Source: Squalus acanthias (lineage: Eukaryota). Taken from it: 64,000 nt of DNA. Where the stretch lies: assembly GCA_030390025.1 (NCBI GenBank), contig CM059432.1, positions 76,386,001 to 76,450,000 of the forward strand. The letters are read 5' to 3'. The position numbers and the translations under genes are program-made. A model generated the notes under the pieces. The model had not been told where the DNA came from, ran no database searches, and was given only the letters and a program-made list of their open reading frames with translations. Positions 36,009 through 48,100 of the stretch are shown piece by piece. Every line of letters starts with the position of its first letter. Within the stretch, counting starts at the first letter, position 1.

Positions 36009-36191
36009 TGTGGTAACACTTTTCAGCTTCCTGTATGACATCACTTCCTGTAATCAGTCCAGGATAAATACTGGACTGATCAGTTAGCTCTGGAAGAGGC
36101 ATAGGGTAAGACCTCTTTTGTATGCAGCACCGTTTTAAGTTGATTAAAGCTTACATTAAGTTTACCACGCGTAAGGCTCATTCTTACGACA
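36009..36191 (+). repeat. 3' LTR
   Basis: Identical to the 5' LTR. Confidence 0.98.
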
Positions 36192-36273
36192 GTAGGGATG
36201 CTTTATGGTGTTGCTGTGGGCTGGTGCCAAGCTGGCGCAGCATGTGGCAGCCATATGGGAGTACTGCATAAAG

Positions 36274-37522
36274 TTAAGTAAATCTGGCCATGATGAGGCC
36301 ATCCATGAGGCAATGTGTTCGGGTGCTGATGGGATCTGGCCCACAGGTTCCTCCAGCTCCTGCTCCTTCTCATCTTCCAGCTGATGCTCCTCCTCCTCCT
36401 CTGAAGAGGCTGTGCGCTCAGTGCCTTGCTCCTTATGCAGCGCTAATCCTCGCTGCTGCACTATGTTGGGCAGGGCACAGCAGACCACGACAATTCTAGA
36501 GACCCTGGCTGGTGCGTACTGAAGGGCTCCTCCAGATCTGTCAAGGCATCTGAAGCGCATTTTGAGCATGCCTATTGTCTGCTCTATGACACATCTGGTG
36601 GACATGTGACTTTCATTGTATCTCTCCTGGGCCTCAGTACATGGCCTCTTCAAGGGTGTCATGAGCCACGTCTTCAGTGGATAGCCCTTGTCTCCAAGCA
36701 GCCAGCCGGATAATCTATTTGGAGGAGCAAAGAACTGAGTGAGGGTGAACTGGTGAAGGATGAAAGAATCATGGCAGCTGCCAGGGAATTTGGCGCACAC
36801 AAGCATGATGATCTTCCTATGGTTGCAGACCAGCTGAACATTGAGGGAGTGGACGCCCTTGCGGTTGACAAAGAATTCTGGCTTATGTTGGGGTGCTCTG
36901 ATGGCCACATGTGTGCAGTCGATGATGCCCTGCACCCATGGGAAGCCAGCCAGAGTGGCAAAGCCGAGCGCCCGTTCAGTAACACTGGCTTCATCAGTGG
37001 CAATGTTGATATAATTGGCTGACTTGTCAAACAGAGCATCGGTGACCTGTGTGATGCATCTGTGGACGGCCAACTGTGAGATGCCGCAAATGTCTGCTGC
37101 AGATCCCTGGAAGGAGCCTGAGGCGGAGAAGTTGAGGGCGCTGGTGACTTTGACAGCCACTGGTGACTTTGACAGCCACTGGTAAGGTGTGTCCACCCAC
37201 TCCTCTGGGCTGCAGGTCTTGCTCGAGCAATGTGCAAATGTCTGCGGTGACCTGGCGCGATAGCCTGAGCCTCCTTTGGCACTGCTGCTCAGTCATGTTG
37301 AGGAAGCTCATCCTCTGCCTGTATACCCTGTGCTGGGGGTATCACCTCCGGTGCAGTGCATCCCTGCGCTGATGCCCTCTGTCCTGTGCAGCATCAGGTG
37401 GTTGAGGAGAAGGTTGGTGGTGTTGTTGTTGGTGCTGCTGGTGTGCAAGGTGCTGCTGGTGTTGGGGTTCATCATGGTCCGATTCTGAGGACCAAGGTGA
37501 GACAGTATAAATGGCACCAGTG
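36274..37522 (-). pseudogene. Harbinger DDE transposase (copy B), disrupted
   Basis: [23 protein letters not shown] and IEQTIGMLK motifs; a 19-bp tandem duplication (37141-37178) causes a frameshift; H/Q-rich N-terminus. Confidence 0.93.
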
Positions 37523-38274
37523 TTGATGGAATAGATGGCACGTCAAGTAGAGATGAGAGAAGCAATCTGTCAATGGTGAGAGAGGTTCTACCAATGAGGT
37601 GAGACCGGATGGCAATTTGCTGCAAACACTTGCAGCCTGTAGAAAGCTAAATCTGTGCTGGGAATGCAGTCAGCAATAGCTTCTGCCTGAGGAAAGTGAT
37701 CAGCTGTGAGGTGGGAGCTTTTATAGTACATTTCATGCTGTCAACAAATCAGCTGGATCAATGGCCACTCAACTCCCGCCTCAGGTTGACAGCCGTGGTT
37801 CCTGAACTGCGTGAATCCCGTGGTCATTCAGGGAAATTTGAAAGGTAGGCTAAAAAAGGCACTTAAAGGTCTGACAACAAGCTGATAATGATTTGAATTA
37901 GGTCGCCTGCCTCTGCCGTTCGGGTCGCTGCCAGCTCGGCAAACGTGCCTGAGGGAAAGGCACGTGGGGGCAGAATGATGGCGGGTTCACGACCCGATCC
38001 AACTTATTTCAAATTTCCCACCAGACCCACCTCCAATCGCGCCCCCATGGACCCCAGAAAATTCCGGCCTGAGCATCTTTCTGTAACTTCCAACAATAGT
38101 CTACCTTGTTGGATACTTGCAGAAATTAATTTTCATGGTAGGTGCCCTCGGAAGTTAACTTAATATTAAGGTCATTCAGGTTAATCAATTCAGTAAAGAA
38201 ATGGCAAACAAATTGCCTTTCACTCAGGATGTGGGTGCACCTGTGCATGTGCATGGATTGTTGATCATTACCAA

Positions 38275-39353
38275 TTGTTGTGCTCCTGCATCATTATCTC
38301 TGGAGTCCCCCAAGGATCTATCCTTGGCCCCCTCCTATTTCTCATCTACATGCTGCCCCTCGGCGACATCATCCGAAAACACAGCATCAGTTTCCACATG
38401 TACGCTGATGACACCCAGCTCTACCTCACCACCACCTCTCTCGACTCCTCCACTGTCTCTAAATTATCAGACTGCTTGTCCGACATCCAGTACTGGATGA
38501 GCAGAAATTTCCTCCAAATAAATATTGGAAAGACTAAAGCCATTGTCTTCGGTCCCCGCCACAGACTCCGTTCACTAGTCACCAACTCCATCCCTCTCCC
38601 TCACATCTGTCTCAGGCTGAGCCAGAATGTTCGTAACCTTGGTGTCATATTTGACCCTGAAATGAGCTTCCGACCACATATCCACAGCATAACTAAGACC
38701 GCCTATTTCTACCTCCGTAACATCGCCCGACTCCGCCCCTGCCTCAGCTCATCTGCTGCTGAAACCCTCATCCATGCCTTTATTACCTCTAGACTTGACT
38801 GTTCCAATGCACTCCTGGCTGGCCTCCCACGTTCTACCCTACGTAAACTTGAGGTCATCCAAAACTCTGCTGCCCATGTCCTAACTCGCACCAAGTCCCG
38901 TTCATCCATAACCCCTGTGCTTGCTGACCTACATTGGCTCCCGGTTAAGCAACGCCTTGATTTTAAAATTCTCATCCTTGTTTTCAAATCCCTCTATGGC
39001 TTCGCTCCTTCCTATCTCTGTAATCTCCTTCAGCCCCACAACCCCTCAAGATATCTGCGCTTCTCTAATTCTGGCTTCTTGAGTATCCCTGAATTTAATC
39101 GCTCAACCATTGGTGGCCGTGCCTTCAGCTGCCGAGGCCCTAAGCTCTGGAATTTCCTCCACCTCTCTACCTCGCTCTCCTCCTGTAAGACGCTCCTTAA
39201 AACCTACCTCTTTCACCAAGCTTTTGGTCATCTGCCCTAATTTCTCCTTATGTGGCTTGGTGCCAAATTTTGTTTTATAACGCTCCTGTGAAGCGCCTTG
39301 GGACGTTTTACTACATTAAAGGCGCTATATAAATACAAGTTGTTGTTGTTGTT
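38275..39353 (+). mobile_element. L2 LINE, 5'-truncated, remaining ORF2 still open (321 aa)
   Basis: GVPQGSILGP, MYADDTQLY, LHWLPV and LKTYLF motifs; (GTT)n tail. Confidence 0.95.
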
Positions 39354-42001
39354 GCTGCCACACCATCTGCATGGAACTACAGCAGAAATTGGCCTTGGCA
39401 GGCTGCAGGTCATAATACTGACTCGGGCCTAGCAGAATCTCAGATTCTTTTGAAACATAGATGGCAAAACCTTTAATGTTACTGCTGCACGGACTCCAAA
39501 CAAATAATATTTTTCTTGGAGAGCAAAAGCAGCTTTTGTGAAATGAGCCGAGTGTAACTATTTTTGACAGAACTCTTAACAGGACTCCTCCAATTGCTCA
39601 GCTAGTTAAGGAAGCGAGAAGCTTAGCCACACAGACCAGGAAGTTCAAGGTTTGATACAGCAGCTGTGCTGAGTTAGTTGATCTTAGCCAAAACAGTGGT
39701 AGGACTGAAAGAGAAATGAAGAAAGAAAAAACAGAAGTGAAGCATGAGCATGAGATTGTGAGAGAAACAGAAATGCAAGAGGACTGATAGAGAAGGAAAA
39801 CAGAGACAGATCACTACTGATATTCTTAGCCAAAGGTGCATGAGATGCTATGAGAATCTTTTGGTGGAGTCCAACCTGAGAAAAATTGCAAACCACCATT
39901 CTAAACAATGATGGCACATAGGCAAGAGAACACCTCTGATGAATGAACTCTGGACTTTATTTATTTAAAGCAGAAACTTAATGATGATTTTCACTTTTGC
40001 TACCTTTATTGACCTGTGAAAAGTTTGGCCACCCTATTCTTGTACTTTACAAGGTTACAATGGTCTGAAGAGGTCTTCTTAAGTCAGTCAAACCTGAAAG
40101 AAAATTTATCATTTGTTACCTTTTTATAGTTTTGTTTTCCAACTTGAAAGCAACTAGACACTTTTTCCAGCAGAAGACAAAATGGTCTGAGCCATAAATT
40201 TCATTACACACGTCAATGTCACTTGGCTTTGGCATATTACGGGAAGAAATCAGCATCTTTTTCACTACTGCATGGCATGTTGACATCACACAACAGTCAT
40301 GCAATGATCCAAATAATGTGTTGTGCCAAAGATGACATCAATGCATTACTTGTTGAGAAACAGAACTTGAAAAGCTTTGCCTAAAACCTTATGCAGTAAT
40401 ACTTAAATCTCTAGCATAAAGCCAAATATAACTATCATTTGTGTCTATCCATAAGCTACTTTCCAATGTGATGCAATGGAGCAGCTCTGAGCCAGATCCC
40501 TTGCAGTCAGTGCAATGGTACAAGACATATTTGAAATGATATACAAAATAACACAAGTAATTATCGAGATTTCTTTTGAACTTCTGTCACAACTTCAATG
40601 TTCATGACCATTATTAATAATACTGTCATCAATGTTCAGGACCATTATTAATCCTATCTTCCAATCTGAACTGCTTTCTGTACATTGCTTGGTGACTTTC
40701 TGCATTCTGTTCCACTACCTCAAATGTAGCTGATGATAATATTAAATTAATTGGCATTTGTAATACAAAGACCCAGCTATACCTTTTAGAGATGGAAGTA
40801 CATCCTTAAGTATTGCCTTATGCTATTGTAAAACATTACATATATTTTTCTGTTATCCATCCCTTTCCTTCTTTATTTCCCTGCAGGAGTCATTGGCCAC
40901 CAGGCAATCAGTTTCAGGCAAAAAGGTGGAGACAATCTGTGCCATCAATCTGAATTCTCCATCTCTTTCTTTCTTTCAGTGGTAAACCAGCTAACAATCT
41001 GTCCCAGGACTGCTGGCTTGCTTTCAGTGATGATAGGCAGATCTGAGAGAAAGTTGAAGGTAGAGCCTCAAACTCTCTGGTCGATAGAGCGGTCAATAGT
41101 TATTGCTGCTTTATATTTAGGAAAAGTAGAAGGACTCCTATTTCCTTTGTTGAGAGGAGAAATAATAGTGAGGCTTGTGCATGCTTCTGTGAAAATGGCT
41201 ATGTTTTGGATTCAGGGTGTGCACACGTACATCGGGATGGTTCAGATGGAAATGGATAATTTACCACCTTTTTTTTGATTTAACATTATTTAAGAAAGAA
41301 CCTTATACTAAATATATTGGACCTTTCTTTTCCTTCTTATCCACTCATCACAATCCACAGTTAGCTTAAGTTTTAATCCACTATTCAGGTTGCCTTTTGA
41401 CAATTGGATGGAGACCATACTCCAAACCCTTACCTAATGGATTTCAGCTCTGTTAGTAGCAGAAAGCCCGAGCTATACTGTGCAATGACTTGATCTTTTC
41501 ATATTGTTCCAGTGGTTTGCCCTAAGATTTGCACTGTGAATGTATTAGTTAGTGTTGCCTGTATTGACAACTTTAGGAAATGTAGCAATCTCAGAAAGAA
41601 AGCTTTGTTTACTGAGGTTCGCTGATATTCTACACACCGTTATGCACACTCACCTATTAATCTTAGACATTACACAAGGTAATCAAAGTCAATTCATATT
41701 CATAATAATACATTCGAAGGAATATTCAGAAGCCTGTACAGTCCAATCCACATAAAGTCAACTTGGAGAAGGATAGAACTGCTACTTTCAGTTTTTCTTT
41801 TTGCGTCAGATTAACAGTTTAAATTACCATTACTATAAATTTTCAAATTCGCTTCTTAAAGAAGAATCAAGACAGACGTAAGGAAATAATTGAAGAGACT
41901 CAAAGCTTTTTAACATTTTTTATTACATGAAAATTAATGTTATGTTCTCACATTATTATATCAATTCATGATCAGGCATATTTTTGTAGTACATAAGAAA
42001 G

Positions 42002-42410
42002 GTTTGCATTTATATAGCATCTTTCCCGACTTCAGGACATCCCAAATCACTTAACAACCAATGAAGTACTTTTTGAAGTGCAGTCACTTTTGTAATGTAG
42101 GAAACGTGGCAGCTAATTTGCGCACAGCAAAGTCCCATAAACAGCAATATGATAATGACCAGATTATCTATTTTAGTGATGTTGACTGAGGGATAAATAT
42201 TGGCCAGGACACCGGGGCGAACTCCACTGCTCTTCTATGAAATAGTGCCATGGGATCTTTCACATCCAACTGAGAGGGCAGACAGGGCCTCGGTTTAACA
42301 TCTCATTCAAAAGACAGCACCTCCGACAGTGCAGCACTCCCCCCTCCTATATTTTGAGTTTAAGGAGCGGGACTTGAACTCACAACCTTTAGCTTCAGAG
42401 AATTCTACCG
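42002..42410 (-). mobile_element. Deu-domain SINE (SacSINE1/AmnSINE-related)
   Basis: Core GCCATGGGATCTTT...GAGAGGGCAGACAGGGCCTCGGTTTAACATCTCAT...GACAGCACCTCCGACAGTGCAGCACTCC recognised from memory; B box (GAGTTCAAGTCCC, minus strand ~42369-42381); LINE-like tail GCTATATAAATGCAA. Confidence 0.75.
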
Positions 42411-42944
42411 AGACACAGCTATCACGATACATTAATCATTCTATTTTCTATCTATACTCTCGTATATTTGGCATGTTTAATTCAGTGAGCAAAATTTTAA
42501 ATAAAACATTCAGTAAATAGAGTGCTTGTACAGCAATCATCTAGTTAATACAAAATATGCAGACATAACAACATACCGTTTTCAATAATGAATTTAACAG
42601 ATGTTCAATGAAAACCCGGTAAATGTCTTATATCAATGTGCAAGTGACAGGTGAGATTGGAGTGTATGTTAATGGCAGTTGGAGGTTGAAGTCTCCACAT
42701 TAATACTAATGTCATGTTGGCTTGTTTGAGTAAATGTATTGTATGAGGTTGTTTGTTTGTGACTGTGACCTTGGTGCACTATACTCCCCTTGTCCTTGAC
42801 CTCTCCGTAGCTTTTGACACGTTCGATCACACCTTCCTCCTCTAATGCCTCTCCTCCTTTGTCCAGCTCAGTGGGACGGCCCTCGCTTGGTTGTACTCTG
42901 AGCTGTCCAATTGTAGCCAGAGCATGTCTAACAATTAAAGGGAA

Positions 42945-43445
42945 GGGCCATCGCTGCAGGCTCTGCATTGGGACAAGTTAGCTGGTCCCCGACAGCAGCC
43001 ACAATCCAGCCCGATCAGCCCCATGCACTCCAGCAGAGTGCCAGGCTGATCGATCGCGGCCCCAGAGGAATCAAAAAAAATCAATTGCAATGTTGTTAAA
43101 AATGTTCTCCTACCGCCCCAACATCCCCTTTTATTTGCGCCTCCAAAGTTTCCGGCCTCCCGAACAACGCCTCCTGCAGCTGTCGGTGTTGTCACCCGGC
43201 GATGCTGCAGGGGGCGGAACCGAAGGTCGGGTCCAAGGCGCTACCGGGGCGATGCGCACGGCAATGATGTCACGATCTCTGGGTGCAAGAGATCATGGCA
43301 CTAGTGGTTACCACCGCCGCAAACCTCCACGTCAATTTTGCGGGCGTTGGTACTATCGCCGCACCCGGTCGCAAAGCCGGTAGCGACCCGTTAGCGTGCC
43401 CCAGAGGCGCAAACAGGAGGCACTAAGATACCAAATTTCTCCCCG
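42945..43445. mobile_element. One-ended MITE fragment related to 9024-9920
   Basis: Ends in AATTTCTCCCCC like the 9920 end; CpG-rich; no second TIR seen. Confidence 0.55.
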
Positions 43446-43619
43446 CCTTGCTTCTACATTCATAAGATTGCCTGCCTCTGCCCCTGCCTGAGCTCATCAA
43501 TGCCAATGGCACATCCAGATTCGACTCCTCCAAAGCTCTCCTGGCCGGCCTCCCATCTTGCACTTCCATAAACCTCAGCTCATCCTAAACTCTGCTGCCT
43601 TCATCCTCTCCCACACCAA

Positions 43620-44152
43620 GGCCCCGATATTTATGTGGAGGCGGGGAGGTTGTCGGGGAACACGTTAGTGTGGGGAAAACCCGTCAATATGAGGGACACG
43701 GTGGTCCTGCCGAATTTAACAGCAGGACATCATTATAATTTTTTCTTCTGTTTCCCGGCTGACAGCCGGTCAAATTGACATGCTGTGATTGGCAGAGGGA
43801 AGGCTGAAAGCTTCCTTGAGGGGCCGGGGGAGCACTCCTTCTTCTCCTGGCCCACAAGGAGTGCTGTAAAAGGCACTTTACATTCTGGAGCCAGCAGCTC
43901 CCGCTTCCTTTTTACTGCCGGGTTTCCCGACCCCTGGGAAACCTACTCAGCAACTGTTAAATTTAAATCAAGCTCCCAATTCCACTGTGGGAGCCTGATT
44001 TAAATATGCTAACTTGCACACCTCGAAACCTGCCGCTGTAAAAACAGCAACAGCCGTGTACAGGGCTGGTTGGGGACACGTTCACTGTATTTTAATTTTT
44101 AACATACCCCTGACCCTCTCCTGCATGTCATGGTGGGGTTATTATTGAGGTC
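43620..44152. mobile_element. Non-autonomous Harbinger-like MITE inserted in L2
   Basis: 3-bp TSD CAA (43617-43619, 44153-44155) that restores the L2 sequence CACCAAGTC; degenerate TIRs GGCCCCGATATTTA / TTATTATTGAGGTC. Confidence 0.7.
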
Positions 44153-45174
44153 CAAGTCTTGCTCACCCATTACCTTTCTCCTCGCTGAACTACACAGGCG
44201 CCTTGTCCCCCAGTGTCCCAGGTTTAAAATTCTCATCCTCATGCTTAAATCTATTCACAGCCTCACCCCTCCCTATCTCTTGAACCTCCTTTAACCTCCT
44301 CCAGCCCTGCACCCCCCGAACTCTCTGTTCCTCCACCTCCGCCTCTTGTACATCCCACCCACCCTCGCCCCACCATTGGTGGCCGTGCCTTCAGCTACCT
44401 AGGCCCCATACGCTGGAATTCCCTCCCTAAACCCCTCTGCCTCTCCACTTCCCTCTCCCTCCTTTAAGTATTACCTTAAAACCCACCTCTTTGACCAAGC
44501 ACTTGGTCACCTCTAATATCATCTTCTATATCTTGGCATCTAGTTTTTTTATATTACGGCTCTGTGAAGCTCCTTAGAAGTTTTTCTACATTAAAGCTGC
44601 TACATTAATACAAGTTGTTGCTGGTTGGCATGTCCATGTTAATGGTAGGTATCGTTAAAGATCTGTATCAGTGGCAGCGGGAGGTTGGAGTGACTTTGTT
44701 AGTCTGCAAGTTGAATATACTGAGTTTTATAATGTAGCGTTCAACAGATAATAAAAATACTTTGAACAAAAAAGAGTTACTATCCTTTACATTGATGAGC
44801 TGAAAGGGAATGTCCCAGAAAAAGAGCTGCAGTAATACCTGGTTAGGAGCAGGATTAAAGATTGAAGAGATACCCCAGCGAACACAATAGTTCCTACACT
44901 TCCAGAGTAATTTGTGGAAAGCAATTGGCTAGGGCTGATTAGTGGAAGTGGAGGGATAAATGAATGTTCTGGAGTTTCACTCAATTACCTTTGAGGGTCA
45001 GGGAGAAATATTAGCAGCTCTTTGCTTCAGGAGTTGAAATAGAGTGCAAAGTCGAGCAGAATGTATATAGCCTGTGAAAGAAGGGAGCTTGATGGGTTGC
45101 ATGGCTAATTCCCATTTCATAGGAATAGCTGCAATATTCCATTTTATTTTATACAGAGCTGAAGCCTCCTCTGA

Positions 45175-48100
45175 TAAGAACATAAGAACATAAGAAATAG
45201 GAGCAGGAGTAGGCCATTTGGCCCTTCGAGCCTGCTCTGCCATTCCTGCACTATCCCCATATCCCTTGATTCCCTTAATATTCAAAAATCTATCGATCTC
45301 TGTCTTGAATATACTCAATGACTGAGCCTCCACAGCCCTCTGGGGTAGAGAATTCCAAAGATTCACCGCCCTCTGAGTGAAGAAATTTCTCCTCATCTCA
45401 GTCCTAAATGGCCGACCCCTTATTCTGAGACTGTGACCCCTGGTTCTAGACTCCCCAGCCAGGGGAAACATCCTCCCTGCATCATCCCTGTCAAGCCCTG
45501 TAAGAATTTTGTATGTTTCAATGAGATCACCTCTCATTCTTCTAAACTCTGGAGAATATAGGCCGAGTCTACTCAATTTCTCCTCATAGGACAATCCCCC
45601 CATCCCAGGAACCAGTCTGGTGAACCTTCGTTGCACTCCCTCTATGGCAAGTATATCCTTCCTTAGGTAAGGAGACCAAAACTGTACACAATACTCCAAT
45701 TGTGGTCTCACCAGGGCCCTATATAATGGCAGTAAGACGAATTTACTCATACTGAAATTCTCTTGTAATAAAGGCCAACATACCATTTGCTTTCCTAATT
45801 GCTTGCATGTTAACTTTCAGTGATTCGTGTACAAGGACACCCAGGTCCCTCTGAACACCAATATTTCTCAATCTCTCACAATTTAAAAAATTCTCTGCTT
45901 TTCTATTTTTCCTACCAAAGTGGATAACTTCACATTTCTCCACATTATATTCCATTTGCCATGTCCTTGCCCACTCACTTAGTCTGTCTATATCCCCTTG
46001 AAGCCTCTTTGCACCCTCCTCACAACTTACATTCCCACCTAGCTTTGTATCATCAGCAATCTTGGATATATTACATTTGGTCCCCTCATCCAACTCATTG
46101 ATAAAGATTATGAATAGCTGAGGCCCAATCACTGATCCTTACGGTACCCCACTAGTTACAGCCTGCCAACCTGAAAATGACCCGTTTATTCCTACTCTCT
46201 GTTTTCTGTCCATTAACCAATCCTCAATCCATGCTAGTATATGAACCCCAAACCCATGAGCCCTAATTTTGTTTAATAACCTCTTGTGTGGCACCTTAGC
46301 GAATGCCTTCTCAAAATCCAAATACACCACATCCACTGGTTTCCCCCTTATCTATTCTGCTAGTTACAACCTCAAAAAACTCGAACAGATTTGTCAAACA
46401 CAATTTCCCCTTCATAAATCCGTGTTGACTCTGCCCAATCCTATTATTATTTTCTATGTGCCCTGTTACCACATCCTTAATAATAGATTCTAGCTATTTC
46501 CCTACTACTGATGTCAGGCTAACTGGTCTGTAGTTCCCCAATTTCTCTCTCCCTCCTTTCTTAAATAGTGGGATTACATTTGCGACCTTCCAATCCGCTG
46601 GAACTGTTCTAGAATCTATGGAATTTTGGAAAATGACAACCAATGCATCCACTATCTGTATAGCCACCTCTTTCAAAACTCTAGGATGTAGGCCATCAGG
46701 TCCAGGGGATTTATCAGCTTTCAATCCCATTAATTTCTCCAGTACTATTTTTTTACTAATACTAATTTCTTTCAGTTCCTCATTCTCGCTAGAGCTTTGG
46801 TTCTCCACTATTTCTGGGAAGTTTTTTGTGTCTTCTTCCGTGAAGACAGACACTTGGGCCGCGATTTTGTCATCGGTGTCGGGTTGGGTGCGGGACAGCT
46901 GGTTTCGAACTTCCAGTCCCGCCCCCAGCTGCCTCCGCTCCACAGACGTGATTTTACCTTGATTAAACTTGTTAAGCCCGCCCTGCGGGCTTGCCGGCCA
47001 ATTGACAGGAAGCGGGTCTGCTGACGTAATTTGATGACGCGTCATCTGCCATTTCCTTAAAGGGACCACGCACAATTTTATTTTGACAGTTGATTTCTCA
47101 ATGTTTGACTGCATTGAGGTGCTGAAAACACTGACAATCACTGCACAAAGGTGACCTCTTACACTCAGGCTCTCCAATGAATCCCTCCATAGGCTGGAAT
47201 AGATGGCAGCTGCAGGTGAAGTGACAGAAGTGATCTGTCACTGGTGAGAGAGATTCTCCCAATGAGGTGGCACTGGACATATAGTTGGATTTAAAAACTT
47301 GTAAGCTAAAGAAATCTGTAAATGTATTAAAAATGCAGTACCCAACATTTTCCTTGCTCTGAAACTCACCATGTGCAACAATGGATCCTTCACACCACTT
47401 CTGCAGCTGTCATCATTCCACAAACATTACAGTAGACTCAGAACACGCCACACTTATCTGGCGTGGTGTCCGGACGTCGGGAAACCCGAGCCAGAAGCGG
47501 CAAAATCCAAAAACAGGCTGAAAACTACTGGCAAGTACCTGTTAATAGGCAGGTAATTGCCTTTAATCCGCTTCCCACCGCTAGGTGTTGGGTCCATTCG
47601 CAAATCGGGGACCCGACATTTGAGAAAGCTGTTTGGAGGCGGGTTGATGGCGGGATCGGAACCTGCCGTCAATCAAATCGAATTTAACCTCTGACCTGCC
47701 TCCAAACTCGCCCTCTGAGTGCCGGCAAAATCGCGACCAAAGTATTTGTTTAATTTCTCTGCCATTTCCTTATTCCCCATTATAATTTCTCCTGTCTCTG
47801 CCTGTAAGGGGCCCACATTTCCTTTCGCTGATCTTTTCCTTTTTACATACCTATAGAAGCTTTTACAGTCTGTTTTTATGTCTCTCACTAGTTTACTCTC
47901 ATTCTATTTTCCCTTTCTTTATCAATTTCTTGAACCTCCTTTGCTGAAATCAGAAATCCTCCCAATCCTCAGGCTTACTGCTCTTTTTGGCAACACTATA
48001 AGCCTCTTCCTTTGATCTAATACTATCTTTAACTTCTCTTGTTAGCCACAGTTGGACTACTTTTCCTGTGGGGTTTTTGTGCATTAAAGGAATGTATATT

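Larger units (their letters stand above)
31772..36191 (+). mobile_element. Intact Ty3/Gypsy LTR retrotransposon (4420 bp)
   Basis: Identical 183-bp LTRs with TG...CA ends, 5-bp TSD GTAGG (31767-31771, 36192-36196), PPT, and an uninterrupted gag-pol ORF. Confidence 0.98.
29385..38069 (-). mobile_element. Full-length two-gene PIF/Harbinger transposon (copy B), interrupted by a Gypsy element
   Basis: TIRs GGCCGGAATTGTCT / AGAAAATTCCGGCC (13/14 match); flanks CGA / TGA, consistent with a 3-bp TSD carrying one CpG transition; colinear with copy A in the opposite orientation. Confidence 0.93.
42785..44620 (+). mobile_element. Older L2 remnant split by two DNA-transposon insertions
   Basis: L2-like segments at 42785-42930, 43446-43619 and 44153-44620, homologous to the other L2 copies and ending ATACAAGTTGTTG. 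Confidence 0.8.

Noticed and set aside
36162..37196. 344-aa ORF as the domesticated host gene HARBI1
   Set aside because: It lies between TIRs with a Myb partner, is frameshifted at both ends and is multi-copy in the window, so it is a transposon pseudogene.
46494..47177. 227-aa ORF as a novel fusion protein
   Set aside because: Chance read-through from the inserted MITE into CR1 ORF2; the N-terminal half has no domain features.
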